Positions 51,020 through 64,000 of a DNA stretch of 64,000 bases are shown in pieces (position 1 is the first letter of the stretch; every line of letters starts with the position of its first letter). Source of the stretch: Malacoraja senta. Taxonomy: Eukaryota. The notes under the pieces are model-generated. The model was given only the letters and a program-made list of their open reading frames with translations, had not been told where the DNA came from and made no database searches. The translations under genes were made by a program, and so were the position numbers. The stretch is from the NCBI GenBank assembly GCA_038087875.1, contig CM075995.1, positions 4,218,001-4,282,000 of the forward strand, read 5' to 3'.

Positions 51020-51762
51020 GAGTCATACAGGGTGATACAGTGGGGAAAGAGGCCCTTTGGCCCAAATTGCCCACACTGGCCAACATGTCCCAGCTGCACT
51101 AGTCCCACCTGCCAGCATTTGGTCCATATCCCTCCAAACCTGTCCTATCCATGTACTTGTCTAACTGCTTCTTAAATTAGGGATAGTCCCAGCCTCAACT
51201 ACCTCCTCTGGCAGCTTGTTCCACACACCCACCACCCTTTAACATCATGAAGTTGCGGACTGCGGAGCTTCTAACAGCAGGCATAGAGCGGACTTTACCA
51301 TCCTGGAGCCAGGGATCCCTTGCCGGGGATCGCCGGAGAAGAACTCCGACCGCTGGCCTGTCTGCTACCTATAACATCGAGAAGCCACGATCTCCGTTAA
51401 GAAAGTGGCTGAGTGGATGGAACACACTCCCAATGTCGGAGCTTCGAACATCCCGACGAGAGGGCTTGTACATCGGGCCGTCCGTAGCGGCGACTGCGGA
51501 GGGTCAAGGCCCCAAACATGGGTGAACAAGTGTGCTTTATTGCCTTCCATCACAGTGATCACTGTGGTGGATGTTTATGTTAAATTCTATTGTTCTTTTA
51601 ATTGTGTTGTGTTCTTTTAATTGTACTCAAATATCATTGTACCTTAATTGGTGCGTGTGACAATAAATGTGAATCTGAATCTGAATCTTTGTGTAAAAAA
51701 GTTACCCCTCAGATTCCTGTTAAATCTTTTCCCCTTCACCTTATATCGATGTCCTCTGTGTT
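51020..51762 (-). mobile_element. CR1 3' fragment interrupted by a + strand retroposon (51241-51686)
   Basis: CR1 sequence ACCACCCTTT|GTGT is split; CTTT is duplicated. Confidence 0.8.
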
Positions 51763-52176
51763 CTAAAGCTGCCCAAGGACATCACCGATATGAGTTTACC
51801 TGCACATACCTTCCAACATGTGACTGTTAAATCCATGGATTTGTCTGTTCACATTGACTAAATGACCTTGGAGCCTAAGCCGAGAGAAAGAGAGAGCAAC
51901 ACATGCCAAGTTGTGAGGATATAATTAGTCCATTGATTCCCCTGACAGATGTTGGACAAGGTGGCCAAAATGCCCTGGCTCCATCTGTTTTATGAGAGGA
52001 CGGTAAGGAGAGTGAAGTTTAGATCACCTAAAGCTTATATTCATCATCTTCCGTGAAGGCAAGCCTCTGGATTTTTTAATGTATAGATATCGACTCCAGC
52101 AGAAATGAGAAACTGTAAGCTCCAGATGGAGGCGAAGGAGAGAGATAGAGAGAGAAGGGATATATATATATATATA

Positions 52177-53779
52177 TAGTGCATTCAGAAAGTATTCAGA
52201 TCCCTTCACTTTTTCCACATTTTGTTACGTTACAGCCTTATTCTAAAATGGATTAAATTCTTTTTTTTTATCATCAATCTACACACAATACCCCATAATA
52301 AAAAAGCAAAAAACAGTGTTTAGAAATATTTGCAAAGTAATTAAAAATAAATAACTGAAATATCACATTTACATAAGTATTCATACCCTTTACTCAGTAC
52401 TTTGTTGAGGCACCTTCGGCAGCGATTACAGCCTCAAGTCTTCTTGGGTATGACGCTACAAGCTTGGCACACCTGTATTTGGGTAATTTCTCCCATTCTT
52501 CTCTGCAGATCCGCTCAAGCTCTGTCAGATTGGATGGGGAGTGTCGATGCACAGCTATTTTCAGGTCCCTCCAGAGATATTCGATCAGGTTCGACTCTGG
52601 GCTCTGGCTGGGCCACTCAAGAACATTCATAGACTTGTCACAAAGCTACTCCTGTGTTGTCTTGGCTGTGTGCTTAGGGTCGTTGTCCTGTTGGAAGGTG
52701 AACCTCTGCCCCAGTCAGAGGTCCTGAACGTTCTGGAGCAGGTTTTCATCAAGGATCTCTCTGTTCTTTACTCCGTTCATCATTCCCTTGATCCTGACTA
52801 GTCTCCCAGTTCCTGCTGCTGAAAAACATCCCCACAGCATGATGCTGCCACCACCATGCTGCACCGTAGGTATGGTATTGGCCAGGTGATGAGCGGTGCC
52901 TGGTTTCCTCCAGACGTGACGCTTGGCATTTAGGCCAAAGAGTTCAATCTTGGTTTCATCAGACCAGAGAATCTTGTTTAGGTGCCTTTTGGCAATCTCC
53001 AAGTGGGCTGTCATGAGCCTTTTACTGAGGAGTGGCTTCCGTCTGGCCCACTCTACCATAAAGGCCTGATTTGTGGAGTGCTGCAGATATAGCTGTCCTT
53101 CTGGAAGGTTCTCCATTTCTACAGAGAAACTCTGGAGCTCTGTCAGAGTGACCATCGGGTTCTTGATCACCTCCCTGACCAAGGCCCTTCTCCCCAGATT
53201 GCTCAATTTGGCCGGGCGGCCAGCTCTATGAAGAGTCCTGGTGGTTCCAAAGTTTTTCCATTTCCGAACGACGGAGGCCACTGTGCTCTTCGGGACCTGC
53301 AATGCTGCAGAAATTGTTTTATATCCTTCCCCAGATCTGTGTCTCGAAGCAATCCTGTCTCGGAGGTCTATGGACAATTCCTTTGTCTTCATGGCTTGGT
53401 TTTTGCTCTGACATGCGCTGTCAACCGTGGGACCTTATATAGATTGGTGTGTGCCTTTCCAAATCATGTACAATCAATTTAATTTACCACTGGTGGACTC
53501 CAATCAAGTTGTAGAAACATCTCAAGGATAATCAATGGAAACAGGATGCACCGAAGCTCAATTTGAGTGTCATAGCAAAGGGGTCTGAATACTTATGTAA
53601 ATGTGATATTTCAGTTATTTCTTTTTAATTACTGCAAAAATTTCTAAACCTGTTTTCGCTTTTTTATTATGGGGTATTGTGTGTAGATTGATGATATAAA
53701 AATGAATTTAATCAATTTTAGAATAGGCTGTAATGTAACAAAATGTGGAAAAAGTGAAGGGGTCTGAATACTTTCTGAA
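52177..53779 (-). mobile_element. Tc1/mariner DNA transposon, IR/DR type with ~210-bp TIRs
   Basis: Left TIR TAGTGCATTCAGAAAGTATTCAGATCCC after a (TA)n run; inner repeat TAAGTATTCATACCC; mirror TIR at about 53575-53779. Confidence 0.95.
52394..53392 (-). pseudogene. Tc1 DD34E-type transposase, inactivated
   Basis: MKTKELS..GRPAKL, WSDETKIELFG, HGGGSIMLWGCF, FQQDNDPKH, WPSQSPESNLIE; in-frame TGA at 52715 and a locally frameshifted segment. Confidence 0.93.
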
Positions 53780-53782
53780 AAA

Positions 53783-54010
<228 letters not shown>

Positions 54011-54059
54011 TAATTCAATCCAATTATTTACTTTGTCACTGAAGATTTATCACATTGAT

Positions 54060-55180
54060 CATCACAGTCCTGCACAAAGAACTTTTCTGCAAAGGACAAA
54101 TGAATGAAAGATATGCAAAAAGTAACGATCATCAAGGAAAGATGGAGCCACAATGGTGATTTGTTGGCTCTGGGCTTGGTGATAACAAGTTGTGCAGACA
54201 GTGAAAATCAACAGGATGACACTGAAACTAGTACGAAGACTAGGGTGGGGGAGGTATGGAGAGAGAGGAGATGCAAGGGTTTCTTGAAGTTAGAGAAACC
54301 TACATACATACCGCTGGGGTGTAAGCTGCCCAAGCGAAATATGAGGTGCTGTTCCTCCAATGTATGTTTGGCCTCACTCTGACAATGGAGGGGGCCCAGG
54401 ACAGAAAGGTCAATGTGGGAATGGGAAGGGGGTTAAAGTGTTTGGCAACTGGTAGGCCAAGGCACACTGCGCGAAATGATCGCCCAGTCTACGTTTTGTC
54501 TCGCCAATATATAAGGGTCCACATCTGGAACCGTGGATACAGTAGATGAGGTTGGAGGAGGTGCAAGTGAACCTCTGCCTCACCTGAAACGACTGTCGGG
54601 GTCCCTGGACGCAGTCGAGGGAGGAGGTATAGGGACAGGTGATGCATCTCCTGCGGTTGCAGGGGAAGGTACCTGGGGAGGGGGTGGTTTGGGTGGGAAG
54701 GGATGAGTTAACCAGGGAGTTGCAGATATAATTCAGGACTCAACTGGAGCCATGACATACATCTTCCCAAGGGTCCCTGATGTCCATAGTGTGCATCCAT
54801 CCTTACATAATAACAAAATAATAAACAAGGCAATACAAACCTAACCTCAGTTTTGAGAGATCGATTGAAGGTGGGATCAATCAGAGCAATGATAGATAAT
54901 GTTTCTGGTCGGAAACCTTCCCCAGATTGCGGAAGGCCCCGACCCGAAACGTCACCCATCCATGTTCTCCAGTGATGCTGCCTGACCATGTGTGCAGGAA
55001 GGAACTGCAGATGCTGGTTTAAACCGAAGATAGACACAAATTGCTGGAGTAACTCAGCGGGACAGGCAGCATCTCTGGAGAGAAGGAATGGGTGACGTTT
55101 CGGGTCGAGACCCTTCTTCAGGTGAAGAAGATGCTGCCTGGCCCGCTGGGTTACTCCAGCATTTTGTGTCTATCTTCGGT
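54060..55180. mobile_element. Penelope-like 3' fragment (- strand, about 54060-54725) and pLTR units (about 54895-55180)
   Basis: Reverse of the GTFPCNR..YCIRCSRC..YIGET region; intact HHR core on the minus strand near 55090-55122. Confidence 0.8.
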
Positions 55181-55739
55181 CCAGACATGTATCCTGTGTG
55201 GAAAAAAGCTGCATGTTGTAAAACTAGAAATCTCTACCACCCAAACCTCTGAATTTCCCATATATCCTTCTCCTTTGAAACCAGCCCTTGTTGAAATCAT
55301 GGCCAGAGACATTTATGACATTTAATTTGTTTTTGAATGGCTATTGCTGTATGCATAAGGTGATTTATCATAGTTTTAATTGTAATTACTCATATTTATA
55401 TTCAATTCTGATATTTAATGTGCTTTTATTGCAAGCGTTATTAATATCTTCCCATTTTTCTCTTCAAAAAAATGATTGCGTCTTGAGATTAATGAACGGA
55501 TTTGCATAACTGGCTAGTGACCATCCGGGCTGCCAGTAAGATAACTCGTCCCTGTAAATCTAACCCTGATTACCATTCAGCAGCAAGTATTAGCTCAATC
55601 TGACTGGCCCCTTGTCCCACTGAGATTTCAATGCATCTCTGAAATGCAAAATGACGACAAGGCCTTCACACATCTTTATAAATTCCGGCAAGTTCATTGC
55701 CTCATTGTGACCTGTGAGCAAAATCCAGTTTGGCAGTAA

Positions 55740-56052
55740 TTTAATTTAGTGTAGAGACACAGCGTGGAAACAGGCCCTTCGGCCCACCATGCCTGCGCCA
55801 ACCGGCGATCCCCGCACACTAGCACACTATCCTACACACTAAGGACAATTTACAATCACTACCAAAGCCAATTAACTTAAAAACCTGTACGTCTTTGGAA
55901 TGTGGGAAGAAACCGGAGCGCCCGGGGAAAACCCACAAAGGACACCGTGGGAATGTACAAACTACCTATAGACAGCACCCATAGACAGGATCGAACCCGA
56001 GTCTCCAGTGCTGTAAGGCAGCAACTCTATCGCTGCGCCTCCATGCTGCCCA
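55740..56052 (-). mobile_element. V-SINE
   Basis: Full-length family match. Confidence 0.87.
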
Positions 56053-56666
56053 CGAGCAGTAATAGTACATATAACGTCCATTACCATTGCTCTTCACAGA
56101 TTTGCTCATTCCATTATTGCCCTCAGGCACAAAAGCTCACATAATACCCGTTGTGCTAAGATAACGTTTTTGCGAGCAGAAATAATGACACTTGTTTATT
56201 TTACTGTCACAATCACTTCTCCCCTATCATGCGAAGAACCGCCATTTGTGCCCCATTACTACATTCTATATTTTACATGTAATAAAGGAATTGAGGGATC
56301 AGGATAATGATTAATTTTGCATGATTGCCTCATTGTTGAGGAAGCTGCAGTAAAACATTTAATAATTAAGCCCGCTAAAAGTAATTATATCAATTACACT
56401 CATTGTTTTCATGGTGCACAGACATATATAATGCTACCGTTAATTACTGAACGAGTTGGTTTAGAAAATAAATAAAACTTGTCTCAAATATCTGGCAGAG
56501 ATCTTTAATTGGTCTCTCGAATTGAAGCAGCATATGCTCACCTGTGAAACAAATATACATCTTGCTTCACAGTACCGTAGGTGTTAGGGCAGTTGACCGA
56601 TTTATGACATGTTCATCTCCGGAAATGGGTCTACATTGGAATTACATTGACTATTATTGCTTGTTA

Positions 56667-56669
<3 letters not shown>

Positions 56670-56762
<93 letters not shown>

Positions 56763-56789
56763 TGAGTGAGTGAGTGAGTGAGTGAGTGA

Positions 56790-56866
<77 letters not shown>
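56670..56866. repeat. (GT)n/(GAGT)n microsatellite
   Basis: Direct observation. Confidence 0.97.
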
Positions 56867-56868
<2 letters not shown>

Positions 56869-56972
56869 AATGTGTATATATACACACACACACCCTGAAC
56901 TTTTTGTTTCTCGTTTATTATATTGTTTACAGTGTACTATGTTTACATATTCTGTTGTGCTGCTGCAAGTAA

Positions 56973-57269
56973 AGGGCCTGTCCCACTGTACGAGGTAATT
57001 CCCGAGTTTCCCCTGATTCGAACTCGGAGAATGACGGTAATAGCCGCTCGTAGGTACTCGGGGCTCTCGTGGACATTTTTCAATATGTTGAAAAAACTTC
57101 ACGAGCTTACCGCGTTTCCCGAGTACCTGCCGTTAGCGTTACGAGCCGCTAAGAGACGTCCCGAGCTCCGACGTACCCGTTGCGTACATTCTACGTACTT
57201 ACCACGAGTTTGATTTTTTTTTAAACTCGGGAGAGCTCTTGGGTAAACTCGTATAGTGGGACAGGCCCT
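56973..57269. mobile_element. PIF/Harbinger-type MITE (TAA TSD)
   Basis: TAA|AGGGCCTGTCCCACTGTACGAG...CTCGTATAGTGGGACAGGCCCT|TAA, inside a LINE tail. Confidence 0.9.
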
Positions 57270-57775
57270 TAAGAATGTCATTGTTCTCTCTGGGACATAT
57301 GACAATGAAACACTCTTGACTCTTGACTCTTGATCCCAATCTGAATGTCGGAACAAACGACGCAATGATCAAAATAGAAATGCTAAGTATTTACAGGCAA
57401 GTCAAGTCGAGTTCATTTTCACATGCACACTACAGTGAGTTGCAGGTACAATGAAAATCTTGCTTTGAACTAATCACAGATTGTAGTTTTAAAAATTCAT
57501 AATTTTGCTAAATATGGTATGGCAGAGCATTAGACATAATTACATTTATTTTTATCCTTAGGACAAAACTGAGATCATCATTCTAGCCAGATGTGTTGAA
57601 ATGTTTTATTGGAATCAAATGTTGCTATAAAATGCTGATGCAGGCTTTATATACACATTAAATGAACCAGGAAGAATATTGCTACTGCAACAGTATTTTT
57701 TATTTAAGTCTCAGGCTGGGATTAATAGGAACTGGTTTTGTTGCTCAAATTGTTTCATTGTCTTACACCCATCCA

Positions 57776-58080
57776 GGGTGGCACGGTGGCGCAGAGGTAG
57801 AGTTGCAGCACCGGAGACACGGGTTCAATCCTGACTACGGGTACTGTGCGTACGGAGTTTGCACGTTCTCCCCATGACCTGTGTGGGTTTTCTCCGGGTG
57901 CTCAAGTTCCCTCCCACACACCAACATTGTGGAGATTTGTAGGTTAAATGGCTTGGTAAATTGTAAAAAAAAATGTCCCTAGTATGTGTAGGATAGTGTT
58001 AGTGTCGGGGATGATCGCCAGTCGGCACAGACTCAATGGGCCGAGGGTCTATTTCCGCGCTGTCTCTCTAAACGAAACTA
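57776..58080 (+). mobile_element. V-SINE
   Basis: Family match. Confidence 0.85.
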
Positions 58081-59508
58081 ATCTTATCTCAAAGGTACGT
58101 TGTGGCATTACTACTAACCCTGCGTATGGAACAGCTGCAAGCAGTTATGTAGGATCAGACAGCACAAGCTAATCTAAAGCAATGACACATCCAAGACCAT
58201 CAATCCTGTCTTGACTGCGGGTTGCTGACTGTGGCACTTCGAATGAGTGACCCAGCCAACAATTGGAATTTGATTCCACTCAGCAATCCTCGTGCTATAA
58301 ACAAATCCTTTGGTACACTCTCTTAAATCCACATCACAATTCATATCATCGTTAATAAAAACAAACACTTTATATCCAGTTAGAGGTTGATCAAATTATT
58401 TTAACTGGAAATGCTTTGCTGGACCCTTTGAAGCTCTCGGGGTAGCTAGATCTGTTGTCATTAATGGTTTCATGATGGTTGGTTTTCCTTTGGGGTTTTT
58501 TTAACTTCCAACTGAGATTCTTGAAAGCAGGTTTCCAACGTGAACTTGTGCCCACTGGGAACCAGAATTAGACTGCCAGAACTTATTTCACTTAGTATGT
58601 TTAACAGCCATCGAAGACCAAGAGATTTTAAGTCCATCTGTCTCGGCCTGATTTAAAGCCAGACCCCGGAGGTAGGTGAATAGAGACTCTTAACAGCATG
58701 CTATCCACTGCCCTGGAGACTTGTTAATGTTCAATGTCAACTTGATATAACTGCTCACTTTGAGATGCCTGTTTTGCCAGCCACGTAAGTGATAAATATA
58801 AACACGAGCCAAGTTGCTCTCAAGCCACCTCTACAAAATGCTTCAACTTTTCTGTGTTTTTACTTGTGCGAGCAGAGCAATTACAATTCCACGAGAAACA
58901 TTGCTTGATGCGGCAAAGGGTTTTTATAGCATGCAGCCAATATTTACATCAACCAGTTTTATATTTGGCTTTGACAAGAGCTAGAAGATGACGGCTGATA
59001 CCGAAGAGCACGCACTTGCCAGAACTAGTCAAGAAACAAAATTGGTAATTAGTTATCATCCAGCCATTCCCAAGACCATGAAGTAATTTCATAACCATGA
59101 ACCAACCTGGTTTTGCACCTTCCATTTATCATGTGGTGCAATGTCACCACTTCTGTTTCAGCTTAAAAGTGCAGTAGAACTGGTGCTCTATTGGTGAAAA
59201 AAAACAACACAGAGGATAGTGGGTTGAAATGTATCTTGGATCACAGATCAGATGCCAGTAATATGTGGCTCCTAATATTCTGTACAATTGGTGGTGAAGG
59301 ATCTGAATATTGGCATCCCATACCATAGCCAGATGATACTATGAATATAGCAGATGGCTTCCCAGAGGAGATAATAGGTGCTGATAGCATAAGCACATTT
59401 AAGATTGTATTGGGTAAGTAGCCAGTCCAACATTTGTGTAAACAGGTCCCCAGAGGCATTGTGCCTGTTGTAATCCTAAACGGTGCAAATGGCCAGATAA
59501 GATGACAA

Positions 59509-59648
59509 GTTGTTTAAGAAGGAACTGCAGACGCTGGAAAATCGAAGGTGGACAAAAATGCTGGAGAAACTCAGCGGGTGAGGCAGCATCTGTGGAGCGA
59601 AGGAAATAGGCAACGTTTCGGGCCGGGACCCTTCTTCAGACGGTCGGA
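59509..59648 (-). mobile_element. Solo Penelope pLTR/hammerhead unit with perfect 14-bp TSD
   Basis: AGATAAGATGACAA at 59495-59508 and 59649-59662; minus strand GTCTGAAGAAGGGTCCCGGCCCGAAACGTTGCC. Confidence 0.9.
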
Positions 59649-59859
59649 AGATAAGATGACAATGCACTTTCACTTTCTTGTATTCTTTAGTATCATTGAA
59701 AACGAGCAATGCATATTCATTATCCAGAACAGAAACATTTATAAAAAATTGTGCCGGCATGTAAATCATGAACTATATTTCTGTTGCTACATTTGAACCA
59801 CTGTCTAGGTGGTGAAGACCATTACCTCTTTTTTTTCTTGGTTTAAACTTTTAGAACTT

Positions 59860-60158
59860 TTGACTTTAGAGGTACAGCGCGGAAACAGGCCCTTCGGTCC
59901 ACACCGACCGGCAATCACCCTGCACATTAGCACTGTCCTACATACTAGGGACAATTTACAATTTTACCGAAGCCAATTAACCTACAAACCTGTGTGTCTT
60001 TGGAGTGTGGAAGCAAACCAGAGCACCCGGAGAAAACCCAGGCAGGTCACGGGGAGAGCGTACAAACTCCATACCGACAGCACCCGTAGTCAGGATCGAG
60101 CCTGGGTCTCTGACGCTGTAAGGCAACAACACTACCGCTGCGCCATACTACCATGCCG
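59860..60158 (-). mobile_element. V-SINE
   Basis: Family match. Confidence 0.87.
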
Positions 60159-61204
60159 CATAAACTGGGTTTAAATAAAGCTCTAATTCTCAATTGGGAA
60201 CACTACAATCGTATTATTATTTAATAGGCAGTAAAAGTCGCCGAGCCCAGTAACATGCAGAAACCAGATGAAACCAAATGAAATGTAAGCAATATGATTT
60301 CTCATTCCTTAGTGTTCCCACCATAGAGCTGCAACATATTACTCAATGATTCATTTAGGTGGTTTGCCTTCCTGAATGTCCAAACGATTTAAAACATCTG
60401 TTCATCTGGCCAAGTCCCTCCAATGTTTAACACTAGCCAAGAGGAAATAAAGAAGCTTGCACGTTCTTCTTTAAATAAAGTATTTTAAATATATTTATAA
60501 TGTTTTATTGCAGTGTTTCCATAAATAAACCCTTTGTGAAAACCAATTTGAAAAGAAGACTATTGCTCCCGGATAAGGTGTTCTTTCGACAAACTTTGCA
60601 GAGCCCCGAGTGTGCAACGGCCTGGTTAAAAGCGGGTTTGATTTATCTTAAATTACAGATCAAATATATTAATGGGCGCTCAATGAGAAGTGAGAAAATT
60701 AATTCAGTTTTGGGAGCTTGCATCACAGTGCTTTCTTTCCATCCGTATGCAAAGGCAGCAGGCATTATTCCTTGGAGGCCATCAATCATTTTGTACCTAA
60801 AGATCATCCATTAGCTCTAGAATGCATAAGTGGATGCACAGATATTTATTCTGTGGGGGAATAACTCCCCCGTATGTGAGGCAGAGTTCCTGCCTTCTTG
60901 AAGGTGAGATTCTCACCAGCATTTATTAAGAGACAAGAACATGTAATTGAGGGGTGGGGAGGGGGGGCTTACCATCATATAATCATCCTACCACAACCAG
61001 AGAGCAGTGCTGAACTACTATCAACCTCTTTGGTGACCCTCCGACTATCCTTGATCAGACTTTGCTGGCTTATCATGTGTCTACACACTGTAAGTGGCTC
61101 AATTGTAATCATGTATTGCCTTTCTGCTGACTGGTTAGCACGCAACAAAAGCTTTTCACTTCCTCAGTACACGTGACAATAAACTAAACTGACTGACCAA
61201 CTAA

Positions 61205-62090
61205 ACTTTAGCCAGGGTGGAGCGCAGGGAAGGGAGGGGGGGTTGAAAGGGTGAGGAGGGTGTTGCCTAAAACTGGAGAATTCAATTGTAAGCTACCCGA
61301 GCAGATTATGAGGTGCTCTTCCTCCAGTTTGTATGTTCATAAGGTCATGAGTGACAGGATCAGAATTAGGCCATTCGGCCCATCCAGTCTGCTCTGCCAT
61401 TCAATCATATTTCCCTCTTAACCCCATTCTCCTGCCTTCTCCCATTTAACCACTGACACCCGTACTATCTATCTCTGCCTTAAAAATATCCATTGACTTG
61501 GCCTCCTGTGGTAATGAATTCCACAGATTTGCCACCCTCTGACTAAGGAAATTCCTCCTCATCTCCTTCCTAAAGGAACGTCATTTAATTCAGAGACCAT
61601 GACCTCTGGTCCGAGACTCTCCCACTAGTGGAAACATCCTCTCCACATCAACACTAACCGGGCCATACACTATTCGGGATATTTCAATGAGGTTCCCCCT
61701 CATCCTTCTAAACTCCAGCACGTAGAGGCCCAGTGCCGTCTAACGGTCATCATATGTTAACCCACTAATTCCTGGGATCATGTTTCGTGTAAATCTGCTC
61801 TGAACACTCTCCAGTGCGAGCACATCCGTCCTCAGATATGGGGCCCAAAATTGCTCACTCTGTGGCCTTACTCAGGCAATGGATGAGGCCCAGGACAGGA
61901 AGGTCAGTAGTGGAATGGGAATGGGAGTTAAAATGGTTAGCAACCAGGAAATCCAGCAGGCCTTGGCAGACCAAGTGCAAGTGTTCGACGAAATGGTCGC
62001 CTAATCTTTGCTTGGTCTCGTCGATTTACAGGAAGCCATATTGGGAGCACTGAATGCAGTAAATGAGGTTAGAGGAGGTGCATGTGAATG
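61205..62090 (-). mobile_element. Penelope-like fragment split by a CR1 fragment (about 61335-61860)
   Basis: The PLE GIY-YIG region resumes after the CR1 sequence. Confidence 0.7.
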
Positions 62091-62099
62091 ATCTGCATG

Positions 62100-63010
62100 T
62101 TTCGCCTCTCCATTCAGAAGATTGTGGATTCAAGTTCCATTCAAGGGATTTAAGCATTATAACTAATTTGATGGTCCAGGTGAGTGTTTCATTTTTGGCT
62201 ATGTTTCAAACAAGGTAGTGAATCGCTATACCTCCTCCCTCGACTGCGTCCAAGAACCCTGGCAGTCCTTTCAGATGAGGTAGAGGTCACTTCCTTCAAC
62301 CTCCTCTACTGTATCCACTGTTCCAGATGTGAATCCAATATATCGGCAAGACCAATAGCAGGCTCGGCGATCGTTTCGCTGAACACCTCCGCTCAGTCTG
62401 GCTAGGCCTACGCGATCACCCAGTTGCTAAAAACATTAACTCCCCTCCCATTCCCACACTAACCTTTCTGTCCTGGGCCTCCTCCATTGTCAGAGTGAGG
62501 CCCAGCGCAAATTGGAGGAACAGCACCTCATATTTCACATGATCAGCCTACCACCCAGCGGTACGAATATTGACTTCTCTAACATCAAGTAACATGCTCT
62601 CCCTCTCTTTCCGTCCCTCCCCCACCCTAGTTCTCCGACTAGTCCCTCTCCCCTGACTCTCAGTCTGAAGGAGGGTCTCGACCCGAAACGTCACCCATTC
62701 CATCCCTCCAGAGATGCTGCCTGTCCCACTGAGTTACTCCAGCATTTTGTGTCTATATTGAATCAGGAATTATTTTGCCCTTTCAGGAGATATGAAGATG
62801 AGCACTCATCAGCAATGATGATCAGTACCTATTTCACATCCCACTTTGCTTGAATAGAAACCTCCTCTGGTGTGTGTGGGCTCTCAGATCAGCTATGAGG
62901 TTTCTTGCATTACACCAGAGACTGGACTCCAGAAAATACTTAATTGTGTTTAAGTGTTTTGAAACAGACTCAGGTTGTGAAAGATGTGAATAAATGCAAT
63001 CATTTTTATT
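62100..63010 (+). mobile_element. Old DeuSINE/SacSINE-like relic interrupted by a Penelope fragment
   Basis: Head TCGCCTC..CAGAAGATTGTGGATTCAAG and 3' ..GGTTGTGAAAG..ATAAATGCAA resemble my recollection of the SacSINE1/AmnSINE consensus. Confidence 0.45.
62225..62757 (+). mobile_element. Penelope-like 3' fragment + pLTR
   Basis: LYCIHCSRC..RLGDRFAEH..RKLEEQHLIF; pLTR at about 62660-62757. Confidence 0.85.
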
Positions 63011-63297
63011 TCAGTATCATGTTACTTAAATAATATGTTTAAGTTCTGCATATGTGCTAACCTGATCAATAGGCAGCTCCACTTGTGTCAGATTATCTTC
63101 TTGAATTTCCATTGCATCCAAGGTCTCCCTCCTTTCCTCAAAAGCTTTGAACACGCAGTTTTCTGGGGGAAAGGGGATAATGTTATTAAGACGGTGTTAA
63201 ATACAAGACAATGATACAACAGTGGCTACCAGTGGTGTGCAGCAAGAATTGCATCTCATCTCCAGCAATAAGTGCTAGCAAATACTTCACATCGCAT

Positions 63298-63605
63298 GGG
63301 AGGCACGGTGATGCAGCGGTACATCTACTGCCTTACTGCGTCAGAGGCCCGGGTTCGATCCCGACTACGGGTGCTGTCTGTAGGAGTTTGTACGTTCTCC
63401 CTGTGACCTGTGTGGGTTTTCTTCAAGACCTTTGGTTTCCTCCCACACACCAAAGATGTACAGGTTTGTAGGTTAATTGGCTTGGTATAAAATGTTAAGA
63501 AAAATTATCCCTGGTGTGTGTAGGATAGTGTTAATTTGCGGGGATCGCTGGTCAGTGTGGAATCAGTCGGCTGTTTCCGTGCTGTATCTCGAAACTAAAC
63601 TAAAC
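63298..63605 (+). mobile_element. V-SINE
   Basis: Family match with an AAACT tail. Confidence 0.87.
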
Positions 63606-63632
63606 ATTTTGCCATCACCAGTTTGTTAATGT

Positions 63633-63851
63633 GTAGGAAGGAACTGCAGATGCTGGTTTACAGCCAAGATAGACACAAAAAGCTGAAGTAACTCGGCGGG
63701 TCAGGCAGCATCTCTGGAGAAAACGAATAGGTGACATTTTGGGTCGAGACCCTTCTTTAGACTAATTTCTTCAGACTGGAGTCGAAACGCCACCTATTCC
63801 TTTTCTCCAGAGATGCTGCCTGACCCGCTGCGTTACTCCAGCATTTTATGT
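63633..63851. mobile_element. Inverted pLTR/hammerhead dimer with ~21-bp TSD
   Basis: CCATCACCAGTTTGTTAATGT at 63612-63632 and CCATTACCAGTTTGTTGATGT at 63852-63872. Confidence 0.85.
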
Positions 63852-64000
63852 CCATTACCAGTTTGTTGATGTTTGAAACCATTCACAGTAAAGAGAATGG
63901 TTTGTTTAAGAAATCTTAATTGTGGACATAGTTATAAGTTTGTTGCTGTCTGACTCAGACGTTTACTTTGTAAACAGTTCTCCATTATTCCCCTGTATTA

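Overview
This is vertebrate nuclear DNA, most likely from a cartilaginous fish (skate/ray-like). That inference rests on elasmobranch-type V-SINEs that share tails with CR1 LINEs, and on a SacSINE-like relic. Host genes: the last coding exon of neurensin-1 (NRSN1, + strand, 9353-9757) lies tail-to-tail with the last two exons of DCDC2 (- strand, 34305-33327 and 19264-19157), the same neighbourhood as in human. The penultimate DCDC2 exon is expanded by a 147-bp (49-aa) acidic repeat and carries a single extra base that breaks its frame. The rest is intergenic DNA or DCDC2 intron, dense with mobile DNA: CR1 LINEs, Rex1/Babar-like LINE 3' ends, V-SINEs, a decayed Penelope-like element, non-autonomous Helitrons carrying minisatellites, PIF/Harbinger-type MITEs, a near-complete Tc1 transposon and microsatellites. 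The most system-like observation is a family of 125-230 bp Penelope-terminus units. They carry a minimal hammerhead ribozyme core and occur as monomers or inverted dimers, each with its own 9-21 bp target-site duplication. Most short ORFs in the supplied track are repeat artefacts. Repeat boundaries are approximate unless TSDs or termini are quoted.
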